In this document: in pieces, positions 19,808 through 31,071 of the stretch
How positions within the stretch are numbered: the first letter of the stretch is position 1
Layout: each line of letters opens with the position of its first letter
From: Nitrospirales bacterium
GTDB lineage: Bacteria > Nitrospirota > Nitrospiria > Nitrospirales > UBA8639
Direction of reading: 5' to 3'
NCBI GenBank assembly: GCA_965203295.1
Contig: CBDBCZ010000019.1
Location: 2,272,001 to 2,336,000, forward strand
DNA: 64,000 bases
Notes under the pieces: generated by a model
Databases searched by the model: none
What the model saw: only the letters and a program-made list of their open reading frames with translations
What the model was told of the DNA's origin: nothing
Made by a program: the position numbers and the translations under genes

Positions 19808-20245
19808 GAGTGAACCTATAAGCCGGATTCTGTCCCATAAGAGTTTCCTCTAACGGGGGTAGTCATATCTCTGGAACTCGAGTTACCTCGAGTTTCTAGC
19901 AACCTACCCGAGAACATCAGCCGGGCCAGCTTCTCTCAATCTCACGTCTTGCCCACACCAACAGGAAAACCATTGGGGTAGGCAGGAGATTGGGGCGTCC
20001 TCCTATTTGGTCTTGCTCCAGGTGATGCTTGCCTTGCCATTTATGTCACCATAAATGCAGTGAGCTCTTACCCCACCTTTTCACCCTTACCACGCCAGGC
20101 CTTAGGAAGACCATGACTTTTGGCGGTATATTTTCTGTGGCGCTGATGTCGGATCACTCCGCCTGGGCGTTACCCAGCACCTTGCCCTTTGGAGTCCGGA
20201 CTTTCCTCCCATTCCCGAAGGAATGAGCGACCACCCGGTCCACTC
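19808..20245 (-). ncRNA. rnpB: RNase P RNA (type A)
   Basis: GAGGAAAGTCCGG, GCCACAGAAA, GGTGAAA, GGTAAGAG, GGAGCAAG, ACAGAATCCGGCTTA. Confidence 0.96.
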
Positions 20246-20345
20246 CTCACCTATAAAAATCATAATGCCTTATTGAGCGTGTTGCAACAAGACCCGCTCG
20301 CTCTGGAAGGTTTTCCTGTGGTTGGATCGCATGAACGAAGCCGTT

Positions 20346-21125
20346 CTATGGATTTCCAGAAGGGACGGGGCCACTCGTACACGTTTCATCGGAGGGGAGT
20401 AAATCTTTCGAATCCTCTGAAGATTGTTCCCAATAGAGAATGCGATGGCAATAGTCACACGTCAGCATTTTATCGCCACGCTTAACCTCCGTAAACAATT
20501 GAGGCGGCAGTTGGAGCTGACATCCGAGGCAAGTCCCATCGCGGACAGGGACAACGACCAGTGCGTTTAACTTTGATTTCAGAGATGAATACCGATTCCA
20601 CAAAGATTTTTCCAATTGAGGGACCAGATCTTTTTGTTGTTGTTCTAATTGAGCCAACTCTGCATTCAATGTGTGCATTAAAGACTCAAGCTCGGCTTTT
20701 TCCTGTTCATAGGCCTTTTCAGCATCGGCTTTACGATCCTCAAGCTCCTTCAGTTCTTTTTGCTTTTCCTCTCCTTTTTCCAACACCAACAAGACCTTCT
20801 CCTCCAGAGAATCCTTTTTCTTGTTCGCGAGTTCAATTTCAAACAAATGGGCCTGATACTCTTTGTTCGTTTTCAAATCCGTCAACCGACTCCTGAGCTT
20901 TTGAATATGGCTTTCATGAACACTGAGGTCTTGTTCACTGCTCCGACGTTCTGATCCAATCAGATTTAAGGCTTCCGTGACCTCCTCAAGTTTTTGTTTA
21001 AAGTCCAATAAAGGAGCATGAGCTGTCTTTATGCGCCGAGGAATGTTCTGCTGCTGATCTCGAATATCATGAATTTTTAAATCAAGCTTTTGAAGCTCAA
21101 TCAACAAAGAAATTTTCGAATCCAA
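20346..21125 (-). CDS. Coiled-coil C4 zinc-ribbon protein (DUF164-like)
   Basis: LQKLD, long coiled coil, CLGC...CDYCHRILY; typical rnpB neighbour. Confidence 0.88.
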   Translation of the reverse strand: MDSKISLLIELQKLDLKIHDIRDQQQNIPRRIKTAHAPLLDFKQKLEEVTEALNLIGSERRSSEQDLSVHESHIQKLRSRLTDLKTNKEYQAHLFEIELANKKKDSLEEKVLLVLEKGEEKQKELKELEDRKADAEKAYEQEKAELESLMHTLNAELAQLEQQQKDLVPQLEKSLWNRYSSLKSKLNALVVVPVRDGTCLGCQLQLPPQLFTEVKRGDKMLTCDYCHRILYWEQSSEDSKDLLPSDETCTSGPVPSGNP

Positions 21126-21194
21126 AGCAACACCCTCTTTCCTTTAATCGTTAGGTGAACAACTCGCCATTCTAGTCTTGCCCATTCATATTTG

Positions 21195-21268
21195 TGGGCC
21201 CACCAGGACTTGAACCTGGGACCAGCTGATTATGAGTCAGCCGCTCTAACCAACTGAGCTATGGGCCC
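21195..21268 (-). tRNA. tRNA with CAT anticodon, probably tRNA-Ile2; CCA not encoded
   Basis: GGGCCCATAGCTCAGTTGGTTAGAGC..CTCATAA..GGTTCAAGTCC..GGGCCCA; position downstream of rpoD. Confidence 0.9.
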
Positions 21269-21324
21269 GATATCAATCTACCACTATCCGGTTGAAATGA
21301 ACCATCAAGGACAGGGCTCTCATT

Positions 21325-21453
21325 TACAAAAACTTGCATTTCAATTGACGGGGCACTGCCTGATGAAGTTGGGAATTCCTGTTTAGTTGAGTCGTCATAT
21401 CTGCAGTCATCGGTGGACATCCATGACGATAAATAAAGATGGATTTCCGCTTA
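21325..21453 (-). repeat. Family B element, degenerate copy
   Basis: Reverse complement gcggaaatccatcttt..tggatgtccaccgatgactgc..caggaattcccaacttcatc..aagttttt matches 8320-8460. Confidence 0.7.
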
Positions 21454-21480
21454 AGGGTTAAAATAAATCAGTTTCTTTTT

Positions 21481-21676
21481 TGTTCCGCTTTGCGCGTGGC
21501 TGAGTCCACACGCCGAATTCGACAATTTGGCGAGGACTGTCTGAGCGGAGCGAGTTCCGCAGCCATGTGATTCGGCGCTGGGACGAAGGAGACCCGCAGG
21601 GCCATGCGCGAGCGGGAATGGTTTGGGGTCCTTTTGCCGAAACAAAAGGACCTCGACTGCCGGGGCGACACCCGGC
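21481..21676 (-). repeat. Family A ~195-bp structured element, copy 2
   Basis: Inverted copy of 12386-12581. Confidence 0.9.
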
Positions 21677-21713
21677 GGAGCGGATCTTTAAACTCGAAAC
21701 TCCCTTTTCAGAC

Positions 21714-22229
21714 TTACACCGTTTCTGCAAAACTATCATTTTTTTACTTCGGATGGGGTGGCGTAATTTTCTCAACGCCTTAGCTTCAATCTGCCGCATC
21801 CGCTCCCGCGTCACCCGAAAATCTTGCCCCACTTCCTCCAACGTGTGGTCCGTGCTCTCTCCGATCCCAAACCGCTTCCGGATAATCTTCTTCTCCCGCG
21901 CCGTCAACGACCCCAACGAATCTGCAATCTGTCGCTGCAAATCATACCGCACCGCCGCCTCCAACGGCGACACCGCTCATCTCTTTCAAATAGCGCCGGA
22001 CGGGGTCATCAGTCCGACTCAAGTCGTCAAGGCTAAAATCAATGCCTTTCTCTCCATATTCTTGTAAATCCTTGTTTTCGTGGGAGATCTCATTATCCTC
22101 AACAAAGTGCTTCTGACGATGAGGCATCCTGCGATGCTAGACTCTGGAACTCTTCAAAAGCGACTATCCCCTTCTTCACGGAAATATCGCTCTCGAAGGC
22201 ACGAACATTTGCATGTCTCCGTATAGCCA
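21714..22229 (-). pseudogene. rpoD: Collapsed RpoD (sigma70) remnant
   Basis: Region 1.2 SRTDDPVRRYLKEM abuts region 4 LTAREKKIIRKRFG..TLEEVGQDF.VTRER.RQIEAKALRKLRHP; stops and frameshifts; between dnaG and tRNA(CAT). Confidence 0.88.
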
Positions 22230-22234
22230 TCTCT

Positions 22235-24082
22235 TTAACGTTGGGTTAGGAGGGAAGCAGCGAACACAGCTTTTTTTTCTCGGAGACTATCAATTTTGGC
22301 ATTCAGATAACGGATGTCTTCTGTTCGATTATCTCGTTCAGCCGCACGCAACTTGATGATTAATCCTTCTAACGTCGCCTGAAGCCATTTACGCTCCAAC
22401 ATTTCCAGACAACCCTGGATATAGGCTTGTTGATCATCGAAATGATGGGACGTTAGTGAAAGTTCAGCCGTCACGGCTTCTAATTCTGAGGACGTCGCGA
22501 TTTCTGCGTGAAATTCATCGAGCGAGAGCTGCCCCTCTGCACTCGTATGGCGTAATCCCATTTCCATGATTTGTCGGTACGTCGGGGTCGTAAATTGTTC
22601 AACATGTAAGGCCTGGATTTGTTCGGGACTGAGAAGTCCTTGGATAAGAAGGCTGATTAAAACCTTTTCTTCTCGTTTGTCTGCCGAGTCCAATTTTCTA
22701 GGAGTCGGAGAGCTGCTTTTGGCTAGGCTCCCCTCTTGTCTAGGCAAAGGGCCTGTTAACGTTTGGTACCGTTCAACAAGAAGTTGTTGGCGAATGCCTA
22801 GGCGTTCGGACACCTGCCTGGTGTATTCTTCTTTTTCTATAGGATTCCTCACGTTTTGAATGACACGAAGAACCTCGTCGACACATCGTACACGATCATT
22901 CATGTTTTCGACCTTGGTTCGCTTAACGTATTGATCCACAACAAAATCCAAAAGGGAGACGGCCTGATCTTGGAGAAGAGCAAAAGCCTCTGCACCTTTC
23001 GTGCGAACAAACGAATCAGGATCGTCACCAGTGGGCAAAACGGCAACTTTCACCGTGATGCCGCTATCCTTCAACACATCTAACGTGCGTAGCGTAGCCT
23101 CGACTCCGGCTGAGTCCCCATCAAACACTAACACCACGGTCTGCACGAACCGCCGTATCATGTCGACATGGTCTTTCGTTAAAGCCGTTCCGAGTGGAGC
23201 CACCGAATGAGTAAACCCATATTGGTGCAAGACGATGACATCAAAGTACCCTTCAACTAAGAGAATGGTCTTTAGCCGACTGACCGCCTCGCGTGCGTGG
23301 TCGAACCCGAATAAACAACGGCTTTTTCGAAACAGAAGAGTCTCTGGAGAATTCAGATATTTGGGCTCGCCTTCACCAAAAATTCGTCCACCAAACGCAA
23401 CAACCTGATCCCTGAGATTCACGATCGGAAACATCACCCGACTCCGAAATCGATCGTAATACCCATGACCTCCTATAGCACCTCTGGATCCTGAATTCTT
23501 GGCTACCGCTAAGCCAGATTGGACTATGTCATCGGGGGAAACACCAATTTTTTTGAGATGCCGAGTCAGTCCATCCCAGCCAGGAGGAGCATAACCCAAC
23601 CTAAATTTTTCAATCGCGTCAGGATGAATCTGTCGACCATCCAAATAATTTCGCGCTGGCTGACCCAAAGCCGAACCAAGCAAATTCTTCCGAAACCAAT
23701 CCTTCGCAGCATTATGGAGATTATCCAACTTTTTTCTATTTTCAGATTCTCCATACTGATGGTTCTTTCCAGGTATCACGGGAATCGTAATACCCGTCTG
23801 TTTCGCAAGCTCATGAACCGCCTCAGGAAACTCCATTCCTTCTTTTTTCATGAGAAAGGTGATCACATCTCCCCCTGCCCCACATCCAAAACAATAAAAC
23901 ATTTGTTTAGAAGAACTGGCCGTAAAGGAAGGAGTTTTTTCAGAATGGAACGGGCATAATCCTTTGTGATTTTGCCCAGTTTTGGTCAACGTGACATACC
24001 GAGCCACTACCTCGGTAATGTCCGCCCCATGACGAATTTGTTGAAGAATCTCAGGAGGGATACCGCCTCGTCCGACCGCCAA
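22235..24082 (-). CDS. dnaG: DNA primase
   Basis: CPFHSEKTPSF, CFGC, KYLNSPET, VEGYFD, FDGD, DPD. Confidence 0.97.
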   Translation of the reverse strand: MAVGRGGIPPEILQQIRHGADITEVVARYVTLTKTGQNHKGLCPFHSEKTPSFTASSSKQMFYCFGCGAGGDVITFLMKKEGMEFPEAVHELAKQTGITIPVIPGKNHQYGESENRKKLDNLHNAAKDWFRKNLLGSALGQPARNYLDGRQIHPDAIEKFRLGYAPPGWDGLTRHLKKIGVSPDDIVQSGLAVAKNSGSRGAIGGHGYYDRFRSRVMFPIVNLRDQVVAFGGRIFGEGEPKYLNSPETLLFRKSRCLFGFDHAREAVSRLKTILLVEGYFDVIVLHQYGFTHSVAPLGTALTKDHVDMIRRFVQTVVLVFDGDSAGVEATLRTLDVLKDSGITVKVAVLPTGDDPDSFVRTKGAEAFALLQDQAVSLLDFVVDQYVKRTKVENMNDRVRCVDEVLRVIQNVRNPIEKEEYTRQVSERLGIRQQLLVERYQTLTGPLPRQEGSLAKSSSPTPRKLDSADKREEKVLISLLIQGLLSPEQIQALHVEQFTTPTYRQIMEMGLRHTSAEGQLSLDEFHAEIATSSELEAVTAELSLTSHHFDDQQAYIQGCLEMLERKWLQATLEGLIIKLRAAERDNRTEDIRYLNAKIDSLREKKAVFAASLLTQR

Positions 24083-24210
24083 TCCCGTTCTCCATTCCTT
24101 GCTTTGTCGACCGCTCGGCGATAAAAACTTCTAACTTATTGTAAAATGAGATATTTTTTAAAAAAAGCAATCAGCTAGAGTAAAGTCAACCTGCGCATTC
24201 GGCTGTAGCT

Positions 24211-24555
24211 TCATCCAGGGGGCCAATGGAATTGACGCCCACCCAGGACATGGATATGGGCATGAAACACGGATTGCCCGGCTTTGGAGCCTGTGTTCAT
24301 GACCACACGATACCCAGAATCCGCAACCCCTTTTTGTTTGGCCACAATCCGGCATGTATCAAGAAGATGTCCAAGAAGCTGAACGTCTTCATCCTGAAAT
24401 TCCTGAAGAGACGAGACATGTCGTTTCGGGATGACAAGAGTATGAATCGGGGCTTGCGGATTCATATCGTCAAAGGCCAAACACAGATTGTCTTTATACA
24501 CGATTTGAGAGGCGAGTTGCCCCCCCGCGATCTGACAAAAAATGCAGGTATTCAT
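24211..24555 (-). CDS. hinT: Histidine triad nucleotide-binding protein
   Basis: CIFC, PQAP.H.LVIPK, GQSVFHAHIH..GG..WPPG. Confidence 0.93.
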   Translation of the reverse strand: MNTCIFCQIAGGQLASQIVYKDNLCLAFDDMNPQAPIHTLVIPKRHVSSLQEFQDEDVQLLGHLLDTCRIVAKQKGVADSGYRVVMNTGSKAGQSVFHAHIHVLGGRQFHWPPG

Positions 24556-25244
24556 CTTATGCCCTCTTTTGTTTTCTTTTTGAGACCTGACTGACCGAAT
24601 CGCCGACCTAGCTCCCGATACACCTCTTCTGGCGGAATGTCATATTTGCCGAGCATCACAACCGTATGAAACAGTAGATCAGCAACTTCATACACAATCT
24701 CTTCCCGATTGGCATTTTTGGCAGCGAGTAAGACTTCTCCAGATTCCTCTGCAATTTTTTTCAAGATGCGATCAGTTTGCCCCTCCAAGAGAGATGCCAC
24801 ATAGGAGTTGGGTGATGGCTGAGCCTTTCTTTCTTGGACCAAGTCATACAGACGATCCAAGATTCCCCCATGCGCCTTTTTGAGAGGGGAAGGAATAATC
24901 ATGTGAGACTCAAGGAGTTCATGGAAAAAACAGGACGGATTTCCCGTGTGGCAGGTTGGGTCAATCGGTTCAGCTTTGATCAGCACGGTATCCGAATCAC
25001 AATCCACAAACATCTGTTTGAGTAAAAGGGAGTTTCCTGAGGTTTCGCCTTTTCGCCACAATGTGTCGCGTGAGCGACTCCAAAAATGAACGTGCCTGGT
25101 ACGCAAGGTTTCTTCTATGGCTTCACGATTCATGAAGCCCAGCATGAGAACCGTCCCATCTCGCCAATCTTGGACAATCGAAGGGATCAAGCCTCGTTCA
25201 TCAAATTGGATTGATTGGCTGAAGTTGGCCTGCGTTAATTCCAT
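24552..25244 (-). CDS. hisIE: Bifunctional phosphoribosyl-AMP cyclohydrolase / phosphoribosyl-ATP pyrophosphatase
   Basis: WSRSR..LW.KGETSG, DCDSD, CHTG..SCF, KKIAEE. Confidence 0.95.
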   Translation of the reverse strand: MELTQANFSQSIQFDERGLIPSIVQDWRDGTVLMLGFMNREAIEETLRTRHVHFWSRSRDTLWRKGETSGNSLLLKQMFVDCDSDTVLIKAEPIDPTCHTGNPSCFFHELLESHMIIPSPLKKAHGGILDRLYDLVQERKAQPSPNSYVASLLEGQTDRILKKIAEESGEVLLAAKNANREEIVYEVADLLFHTVVMLGKYDIPPEEVYRELGRRFGQSGLKKKTKEGIR

Positions 25245-26047
25245 GACGACACTGACGTTGGTATTCCATTCAACACTCGAATCGGAAGTCCTTTTTGGCT
25301 GAGGTACGTTTTCGCCTCAGCTACCGAATAGGTCCGAAAATGAAAAATAGATGCCGCTAAGACCGCATCGGCATTCCCAATGGCGAGAGCCTCATACAAA
25401 TGTTCCAATGTGCCTGCCCCGCCAGAAGCAATCACCGGAACTGACACAGCTCGAGATACGGCTGCCGTCAGATCTAAATCATATCCATCATGGGTCCCAT
25501 CCCGGTCCATACTGGTCAACAAAATTTCCCCTGCCCCATTGTCTTCCATTTTCTTCGCCCACTCAATGGCATTCACACCAGTCGGCTTTCGACCTCCATG
25601 GGTAAAAATTTCCCATGTGGACTCCTCCAAGGAAGCAGCACCAGGCACTCGTTTGGCATCAATAGCCACAACGATACATTGCGTGCCAAACCGGTTGGCA
25701 GCTGTCGCCACAAAATTGGGATCGTTCACCGCAGCAGTATTGATACTGACTTTATCAGCCCCTGCGACTAAGAGTTGCCTGATTTCCTCCGCTGTTCTCA
25801 CCCCACCACCAACAGTCAAGGGCATGAAGACTTGATCAGCTGTCCGAGACACGACCTCAAGCAAGGTTTCGCGATTTTCGTGCGATGCGGTAATATCCAA
25901 AAAACACAGTTCATCAGCTCCGTCCTGATCATAGACTTTCGCAATTTCCACAGGGTCCCCTGCATCTCGAAGATTCACAAAAGACACACCCTTGACCACC
26001 CGTCCATCTTTCACGTCAAGGCAGGGGATAATGCGCTTTGTTAGCAT
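25235..26047 (-). CDS. hisF: Imidazole glycerol phosphate synthase cyclase subunit
   Basis: [29 protein letters not shown]. Confidence 0.97.
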   Translation of the reverse strand: MLTKRIIPCLDVKDGRVVKGVSFVNLRDAGDPVEIAKVYDQDGADELCFLDITASHENRETLLEVVSRTADQVFMPLTVGGGVRTAEEIRQLLVAGADKVSINTAAVNDPNFVATAANRFGTQCIVVAIDAKRVPGAASLEESTWEIFTHGGRKPTGVNAIEWAKKMEDNGAGEILLTSMDRDGTHDGYDLDLTAAVSRAVSVPVIASGGAGTLEHLYEALAIGNADAVLAASIFHFRTYSVAEAKTYLSQKGLPIRVLNGIPTSVSSWN

Positions 26048-26787
26048 GCCTCTTTCCCTGCAGCAGAACTCATCGCAGCCCGAATTGCCTGAGGGAGGTC
26101 CAATGTCCCTTCGTATAAGGCTTTCCCAACAATCGCCCCAGTTATTTTCGTTCCAAGTTTTTTAATGGCATCGATATCTTCAATCCGTGAAATTCCCCCA
26201 GACGCAATGACAGGAAACGGCGAGACATCAACGACCCCTTTCAAAGCAGTCAGGTTCGGACCACTCAGCATACCGTCCCGACTAATCTCGGTAAAAATGA
26301 CTCCGGCAAGTGAATATGGGGAGAGAGCGGAAACAACAGATTCAGGTGACGTCTCAGAAAGATTCGTCCATCCCCTCACAGCCACCTTCCCATTTTTTGC
26401 GTCAACTCCCACGAGGACTTGGCTAGGAAATTCCTCGGACGCTTGGGCCAATAGTTGAGTATTCTCTAACACAGCCGTCCCTAAAACGACCCGTTGAACG
26501 CCGTGAGAGAAATAGGTTCGAATCAAGTCCAGTGACCGAATCCCTCCTCCGACCTGGATGGGAATGGAGACGGCTTTGACTATGGCTGTAATTCGATCAA
26601 AATTTTTTGGTGCGCCTTCAACCGCTCCATCGAGGTCCACAATGTGTAAGCATTGGGCTCCCAAGCGTTCCCAATGGGAAGCCATGGCAGGGGGGTCATC
26701 GGAATACCAGGTTTCTTGTTTCAAATCGCCCTGGCGCAGACGAACACATCGGCCTTCTTTCAGATCAATGGCAGGGATGATGATCAT
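26041..26787 (-). CDS. hisA: ProFAR isomerase
   Basis: [30 protein letters not shown]. Confidence 0.97.
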   Translation of the reverse strand: MIIIPAIDLKEGRCVRLRQGDLKQETWYSDDPPAMASHWERLGAQCLHIVDLDGAVEGAPKNFDRITAIVKAVSIPIQVGGGIRSLDLIRTYFSHGVQRVVLGTAVLENTQLLAQASEEFPSQVLVGVDAKNGKVAVRGWTNLSETSPESVVSALSPYSLAGVIFTEISRDGMLSGPNLTALKGVVDVSPFPVIASGGISRIEDIDAIKKLGTKITGAIVGKALYEGTLDLPQAIRAAMSSAAGKEAC

Positions 26788-26888
26788 GTTTCTATCAGAA
26801 CATCCCTTCCTCTCCCTTCTGCAATGATGCTGGAAGATAGGACATTCGTTGATGACATGAGAAGGAATGTCGCTTCAGGTCTAGCTTG

Positions 26889-27644
26889 CTATTGACTCGA
26901 TGCCAACCCCACTGGAAAGTCGTTCATGACTCGGCTCACCCCCGACCTTGCTAATTCCTGAGCAGAAACAAACGTCCCGCGCCTTTCCCAGAAACCTGAA
27001 AAGTCTTCGATCATAGGTTTTTGTTCCTCATAGTAGTCCCCCTTCCACAATACAGAACCTTCCTCAACTTCGATTAGCCATATCTCAAACCCAACCGCAG
27101 CCGGAATCGCTCCCATTTTGCCGCCATCTCGTTCCCGATACACTCTCACTAAACCGAGAAGGACCGCATCAACACCATCGAGGTTTTTGCCCAGGTGCTT
27201 CGCGATGATTTGAGATTTCGTTTTGAAGTGAGAGGAATCCACTGCTGGTAACACCTTCGCAACTTGGTCGGGAGGAAGGACTCGCAACCCAGGACGGAGT
27301 GTGAGTCTGGCAAAGACCATTTCTGTGATTTTGTTCGGAGCCTCTAGTGGAATTGCGACGGTTTTGTAAGAAAATCTTGAAGCGTCTAAAGAAGGGGTTT
27401 CTCCGAATGATCGGCTATTGCTGGATGCCCCGACATTGGGATAGTCAACGACTTGTTCTGTTCTATAGGATCTTTGTGGGGATAAAATAACATCAAACGG
27501 CGCAACAGCAATCGTTTTGATCGTCGATGGATTAAACAACGGTGCAGACTTGACAGCAACGGTACTGGGAGCACACCCCAGCACGCCTTCCCAAAAGAGC
27601 ACACAGAGGAAAAGACAGAGAAGGGCTTTGCTCCTCGACCACAA
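26889..27644 (-). CDS. Putative lipoprotein inside the his operon (start uncertain)
   Basis: Lipobox VLGC, IAVAPF, DAVLLG.V..Y.ER, G.VLW; the ORF-track 5' extension overlaps hisH and a repeat. Confidence 0.7.
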   Translation of the reverse strand: MWSRSKALLCLFLCVLFWEGVLGCAPSTVAVKSAPLFNPSTIKTIAVAPFDVILSPQRSYRTEQVVDYPNVGASSNSRSFGETPSLDASRFSYKTVAIPLEAPNKITEMVFARLTLRPGLRVLPPDQVAKVLPAVDSSHFKTKSQIIAKHLGKNLDGVDAVLLGLVRVYRERDGGKMGAIPAAVGFEIWLIEVEEGSVLWKGDYYEEQKPMIEDFSGFWERRGTFVSAQELARSGVSRVMNDFPVGLASSQ

Positions 27645-27670
27645 AATCCTGGCCTTCCCCCATTGCCAAG

Positions 27671-27782
27671 CAGGTTGTTGAAAAATTCCGACAGGACCGC
27701 TTTTCTTGCTTGAAGGCCTCAGCTTCCCTCCTTTTACACCTCGGACGGCGACGATGGGCGGACGACTATTTACACAACCAGC
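27671..27782. repeat. Degenerate family C MITE-like remnant
   Basis: caggttgttgaaaaa left end, imperfect inverted right end tatttacacaaccagc. Confidence 0.4.
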
Positions 27783-27859
27783 ATTTGTTTCGCTAGACAT
27801 TGACACTTCCAAGGAAAGGCCTGAAATCCTGAATGTTGAGATCTTCAACAACTGGTTCA

Positions 27860-28480
27860 TCATTGCCACGTTCCAAAATTCCGGAGAAGTTGGAGGCCCA
27901 CCTGTTGACTTTTTTCTGGATGAAACTGAGAACCAAAGATGTTGTCGCGCCACACACTAGACACAAACGAAATCCCATAGTCTGTTGTGGTACAGGTGAG
28001 GCTCGGATCTGAAGGTTCCACATAGAAGGAATGAACAAAGTACACGTGTGCATCCTCGGGGAACCCTCGGAGAAGAGGAGAAGGGGTATTGACACTGATC
28101 CTATTCCATCCCATATGAGGAATTTTTCGTAAATGTGAGGGATCAGAATCAAAACGAAAGCGTTTGACTTTTCCGTGAAAAATGTTCAAGCCTGGATAAC
28201 TCCCAAACTCTTCACTTTCCGTGAATAATACTTGGAGACCTAAGCATATACCGAGAAAAGGTTTCCCCTTGGCAATCGCCTGACGAATGGGGTTAATTAA
28301 ACGAAATCGTTCAAGGTTCACCATACAATCCCTAAAAGCTCCAACGCCAGGCAAGACCACATGGCTCGCACGTTCAATTTCTTTTGGATCTCGGGTGATG
28401 ATCGCTGAGTGCCCTACAACCTCAAAAGCCTTCTGAACGCTACGAAGGTTTCCCATTTCATAATCCACGACAGCAATCAT
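27860..28480 (-). CDS. hisH: IGP synthase glutaminase subunit
   Basis: GNLRSV, PGVG, GICLG, PHMGWN, FVHS, QFHPEKS. Confidence 0.97.
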   Translation of the reverse strand: MIAVVDYEMGNLRSVQKAFEVVGHSAIITRDPKEIERASHVVLPGVGAFRDCMVNLERFRLINPIRQAIAKGKPFLGICLGLQVLFTESEEFGSYPGLNIFHGKVKRFRFDSDPSHLRKIPHMGWNRISVNTPSPLLRGFPEDAHVYFVHSFYVEPSDPSLTCTTTDYGISFVSSVWRDNIFGSQFHPEKSQQVGLQLLRNFGTWQ

Positions 28481-28529
28481 GACTTCATCTCATCTGCATT
28501 CAGAAGCACAAGGGGATCGCCTCTTCTCT

Positions 28530-29132
28530 TTACAGCGACCCTTTAGTCGATGGAATACCTTCTAATCGAACATCCTTAGCCGTGGCCTGGTCTAAGGCTT
28601 TTGCCAGTGCCTTGAAAATCGCTTCCATAATGTGGTGAGGGTTTCGCCCATAATGCACATTCAGATGGAGATTGAACGCCCCATGATTGACGAAGGCTTG
28701 GAAAAAATCCTCAAATAATCCCAAATCCAGTGTCTTGATCATTCGATGGGGAAGGGACACATTGTAGGCCAAATACGGCCGCCCACTGAGGTCAATCACG
28801 GCTTGCGCCAAGGTCTCATCAAGAGGGACGGTAGCCCATCCAAATCGACGAATCCCGGTTTTATCTCCTAAGGATTCCCGCAACGCGGTTCCCATCACAA
28901 TTCCGACATCTTCCACCGTATGATGATCATCAATTTCGGTATCTCCTTTGGCCTGCACGGTAAGATCAAAAAATCCATGCTTCGCGAGGAGAACCAACAT
29001 ATGATCAAGAAACGGAATTGTGGTTTGGATTTGACTCTGGCCACTGCCATCCAATCGCCATTCCACCAAGACCGATGACTCACTGGTGGCTCGATCGACC
29101 ACTGCAACACGATGATCTTTCTTGACTTTCAT
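28530..29132 (-). CDS. hisB: Imidazoleglycerol-phosphate dehydratase
   Basis: [22 protein letters not shown]. Confidence 0.97.
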   Translation of the reverse strand: MKVKKDHRVAVVDRATSESSVLVEWRLDGSGQSQIQTTIPFLDHMLVLLAKHGFFDLTVQAKGDTEIDDHHTVEDVGIVMGTALRESLGDKTGIRRFGWATVPLDETLAQAVIDLSGRPYLAYNVSLPHRMIKTLDLGLFEDFFQAFVNHGAFNLHLNVHYGRNPHHIMEAIFKALAKALDQATAKDVRLEGIPSTKGSL

Positions 29133-30412
29133 AGGGATCGACTCTCTATTGAATGGGCATGGCTGTGAAGGCCCTCCATTTGGGCCAGTTGGATCACATA
29201 CGGCTTTGCCGCACGAAGCTCTTTTTCTGTATAGGAAATGATGTTTGTGCGTTTGACAAAGTCATTCAAGGAAAGCGCTGAAAAGAACCGTGCTGAACCT
29301 CCAGTCGGTAAGACATGATTAGGGCCTGCCACATAATCAGCCACTGCCGGCGGTGTGTAACGACCCAAGAAGATTGCCCCAGCATGACGGATCTCACTCA
29401 AGAGATCAAAGGGACGATCAACCATGATCTCTAGATGCTCAGCTGCGATCGTATTGGCCAATCCACATGCCGTTTTCATATCCTGTACGACAAAGGCTAT
29501 AGCATAGCGGTTTATGGATTTCGCTGCAATTCGTTTCCGACTAATGACTTGAAGTCGACGCGTGATTTCTTCAACAACGGAATTGGCAAGACGGCCTGAT
29601 GGTGTCACCAAATACACCCTGGCTTCTTCGTCATGTTCGGCTTCACATAGCAAATCGGCTGCCACATGGGCAGGGTCAGCCGTATCATCAGCTATAATGA
29701 GCAATTCGCTCGGCCCTGCGATCATATCAATATCGACCGTACCATACACCTGTCGTTTGGCTGTCGCCACATAAAGGTTCCCAGGCCCCACAATTTTATC
29801 GGCTCGAGGGATCGTTTTCGTACCATAGGCCAAGGCCCCAATGGCATGAACACCCCCAATACGATAGACCTCATCCACTCCGGCAATTTCGGCAGCGACT
29901 AAGAGAAAAGGGTTCATCCTACCCGTCGAAGTCGGCGTACACATCACAACACGTTTAACGCCAGCCACCTTGGCCGGAATGGCGTTCATGAGCACGGTGG
30001 AAGGATACAGGGCCTTTCCACCAGGGACATACATTCCCACGACATCGAGTGGAGTAATGAGTTGCCCTAACTGCACCCCATTGACTTCATCGATCCAGGT
30101 CTCTTCCCGTTGACGCTCATGAAACTTCCGAATGCGCTCCGCCGCATATCGAATGGCATTGACATCTTCCTTACGAATCTGGGCATGCGCCTGCTTCACT
30201 TCTTCAGGGGAGATAAGAAATTCCTTTGCCTTCAAGTCTAGTCCATCGAACTTTTTGACATACCGTTGAACCGCCTTATCTCCTTCACGTGCCACACCTT
30301 GCAGTATGGTCTTCACGTTTTTTTCGGCCTGCTGATTTTGCTGGATCCCACGTTGACAGACCCATTCCACAACAGCCTTGAAATTGCGGTCTAATGCGGA
30401 AACGATTTTCAT
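29129..30412 (-). CDS. hisD: Histidinol dehydrogenase
   Basis: [27 protein letters not shown]. Confidence 0.97.
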   Translation of the reverse strand: MKIVSALDRNFKAVVEWVCQRGIQQNQQAEKNVKTILQGVAREGDKAVQRYVKKFDGLDLKAKEFLISPEEVKQAHAQIRKEDVNAIRYAAERIRKFHERQREETWIDEVNGVQLGQLITPLDVVGMYVPGGKALYPSTVLMNAIPAKVAGVKRVVMCTPTSTGRMNPFLLVAAEIAGVDEVYRIGGVHAIGALAYGTKTIPRADKIVGPGNLYVATAKRQVYGTVDIDMIAGPSELLIIADDTADPAHVAADLLCEAEHDEEARVYLVTPSGRLANSVVEEITRRLQVISRKRIAAKSINRYAIAFVVQDMKTACGLANTIAAEHLEIMVDRPFDLLSEIRHAGAIFLGRYTPPAVADYVAGPNHVLPTGGSARFFSALSLNDFVKRTNIISYTEKELRAAKPYVIQLAQMEGLHSHAHSIESRSL

Positions 30413-31071
30413 CGAGAGTCCTTTGACACGGTGGCTTCAGAACAATATTGGCGCAATTTCCCAATCATGGGGGTCAGAAGAGCATGTTTCATCTTGAGAC
30501 TCGCTCTATTCGCAATTAATCGGGCCGAGGACGAGGCAATCACGTCTGTCTCCACAAGATTATGTGCTCGCAAGGTACGGCCGCTTTCAACGAGATCGAC
30601 AATTCTGTCAGCTAACATCACGACTGGCGCGAGTTCGATCGATCCATACAATTTGATGATTTCAACTGGCATTCCCCTCTGATTGAAAAAACGTTCGGTG
30701 ATATTGGGATATTTGGTTGCCACACGAATTTTGGAAGAAAGCCGACCAGAAAATCCTCGTCCCTTCAGAGCCGCCACGGAAATGCGACAAGCCCCTATGC
30801 CAAGATCTAAGAGTTCATACACATCAAGGTTTTGTTCGAGAAGTAAATCCTTGCCAGCGACTCCGATATCAGCGGCTCCGTATTCGACATACGTGGGGAC
30901 ATCACTGGCTCGGACGACCAGATAGGTCAAGCCGGCATGGGGACATTCAAAAACGAGCCGCCGGTCATTAGACGAAATATCTGGCCCCAAAAAGCCTGCC
31001 CGCTGGAATAGCTGAAGAGTCGGGGCCAACAATTTTCCTTTGGACAACGCAACGGTGACAACCTCACTCAT
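30409..31071 (-). CDS. hisG: ATP phosphoribosyltransferase, short form
   Basis: DVPTYVE.G.ADIG..G.D, VATKYP, GSIELAP, DLVESG.TL. Confidence 0.96.
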   Translation of the reverse strand: MSEVVTVALSKGKLLAPTLQLFQRAGFLGPDISSNDRRLVFECPHAGLTYLVVRASDVPTYVEYGAADIGVAGKDLLLEQNLDVYELLDLGIGACRISVAALKGRGFSGRLSSKIRVATKYPNITERFFNQRGMPVEIIKLYGSIELAPVVMLADRIVDLVESGRTLRAHNLVETDVIASSSARLIANRASLKMKHALLTPMIGKLRQYCSEATVSKDSR

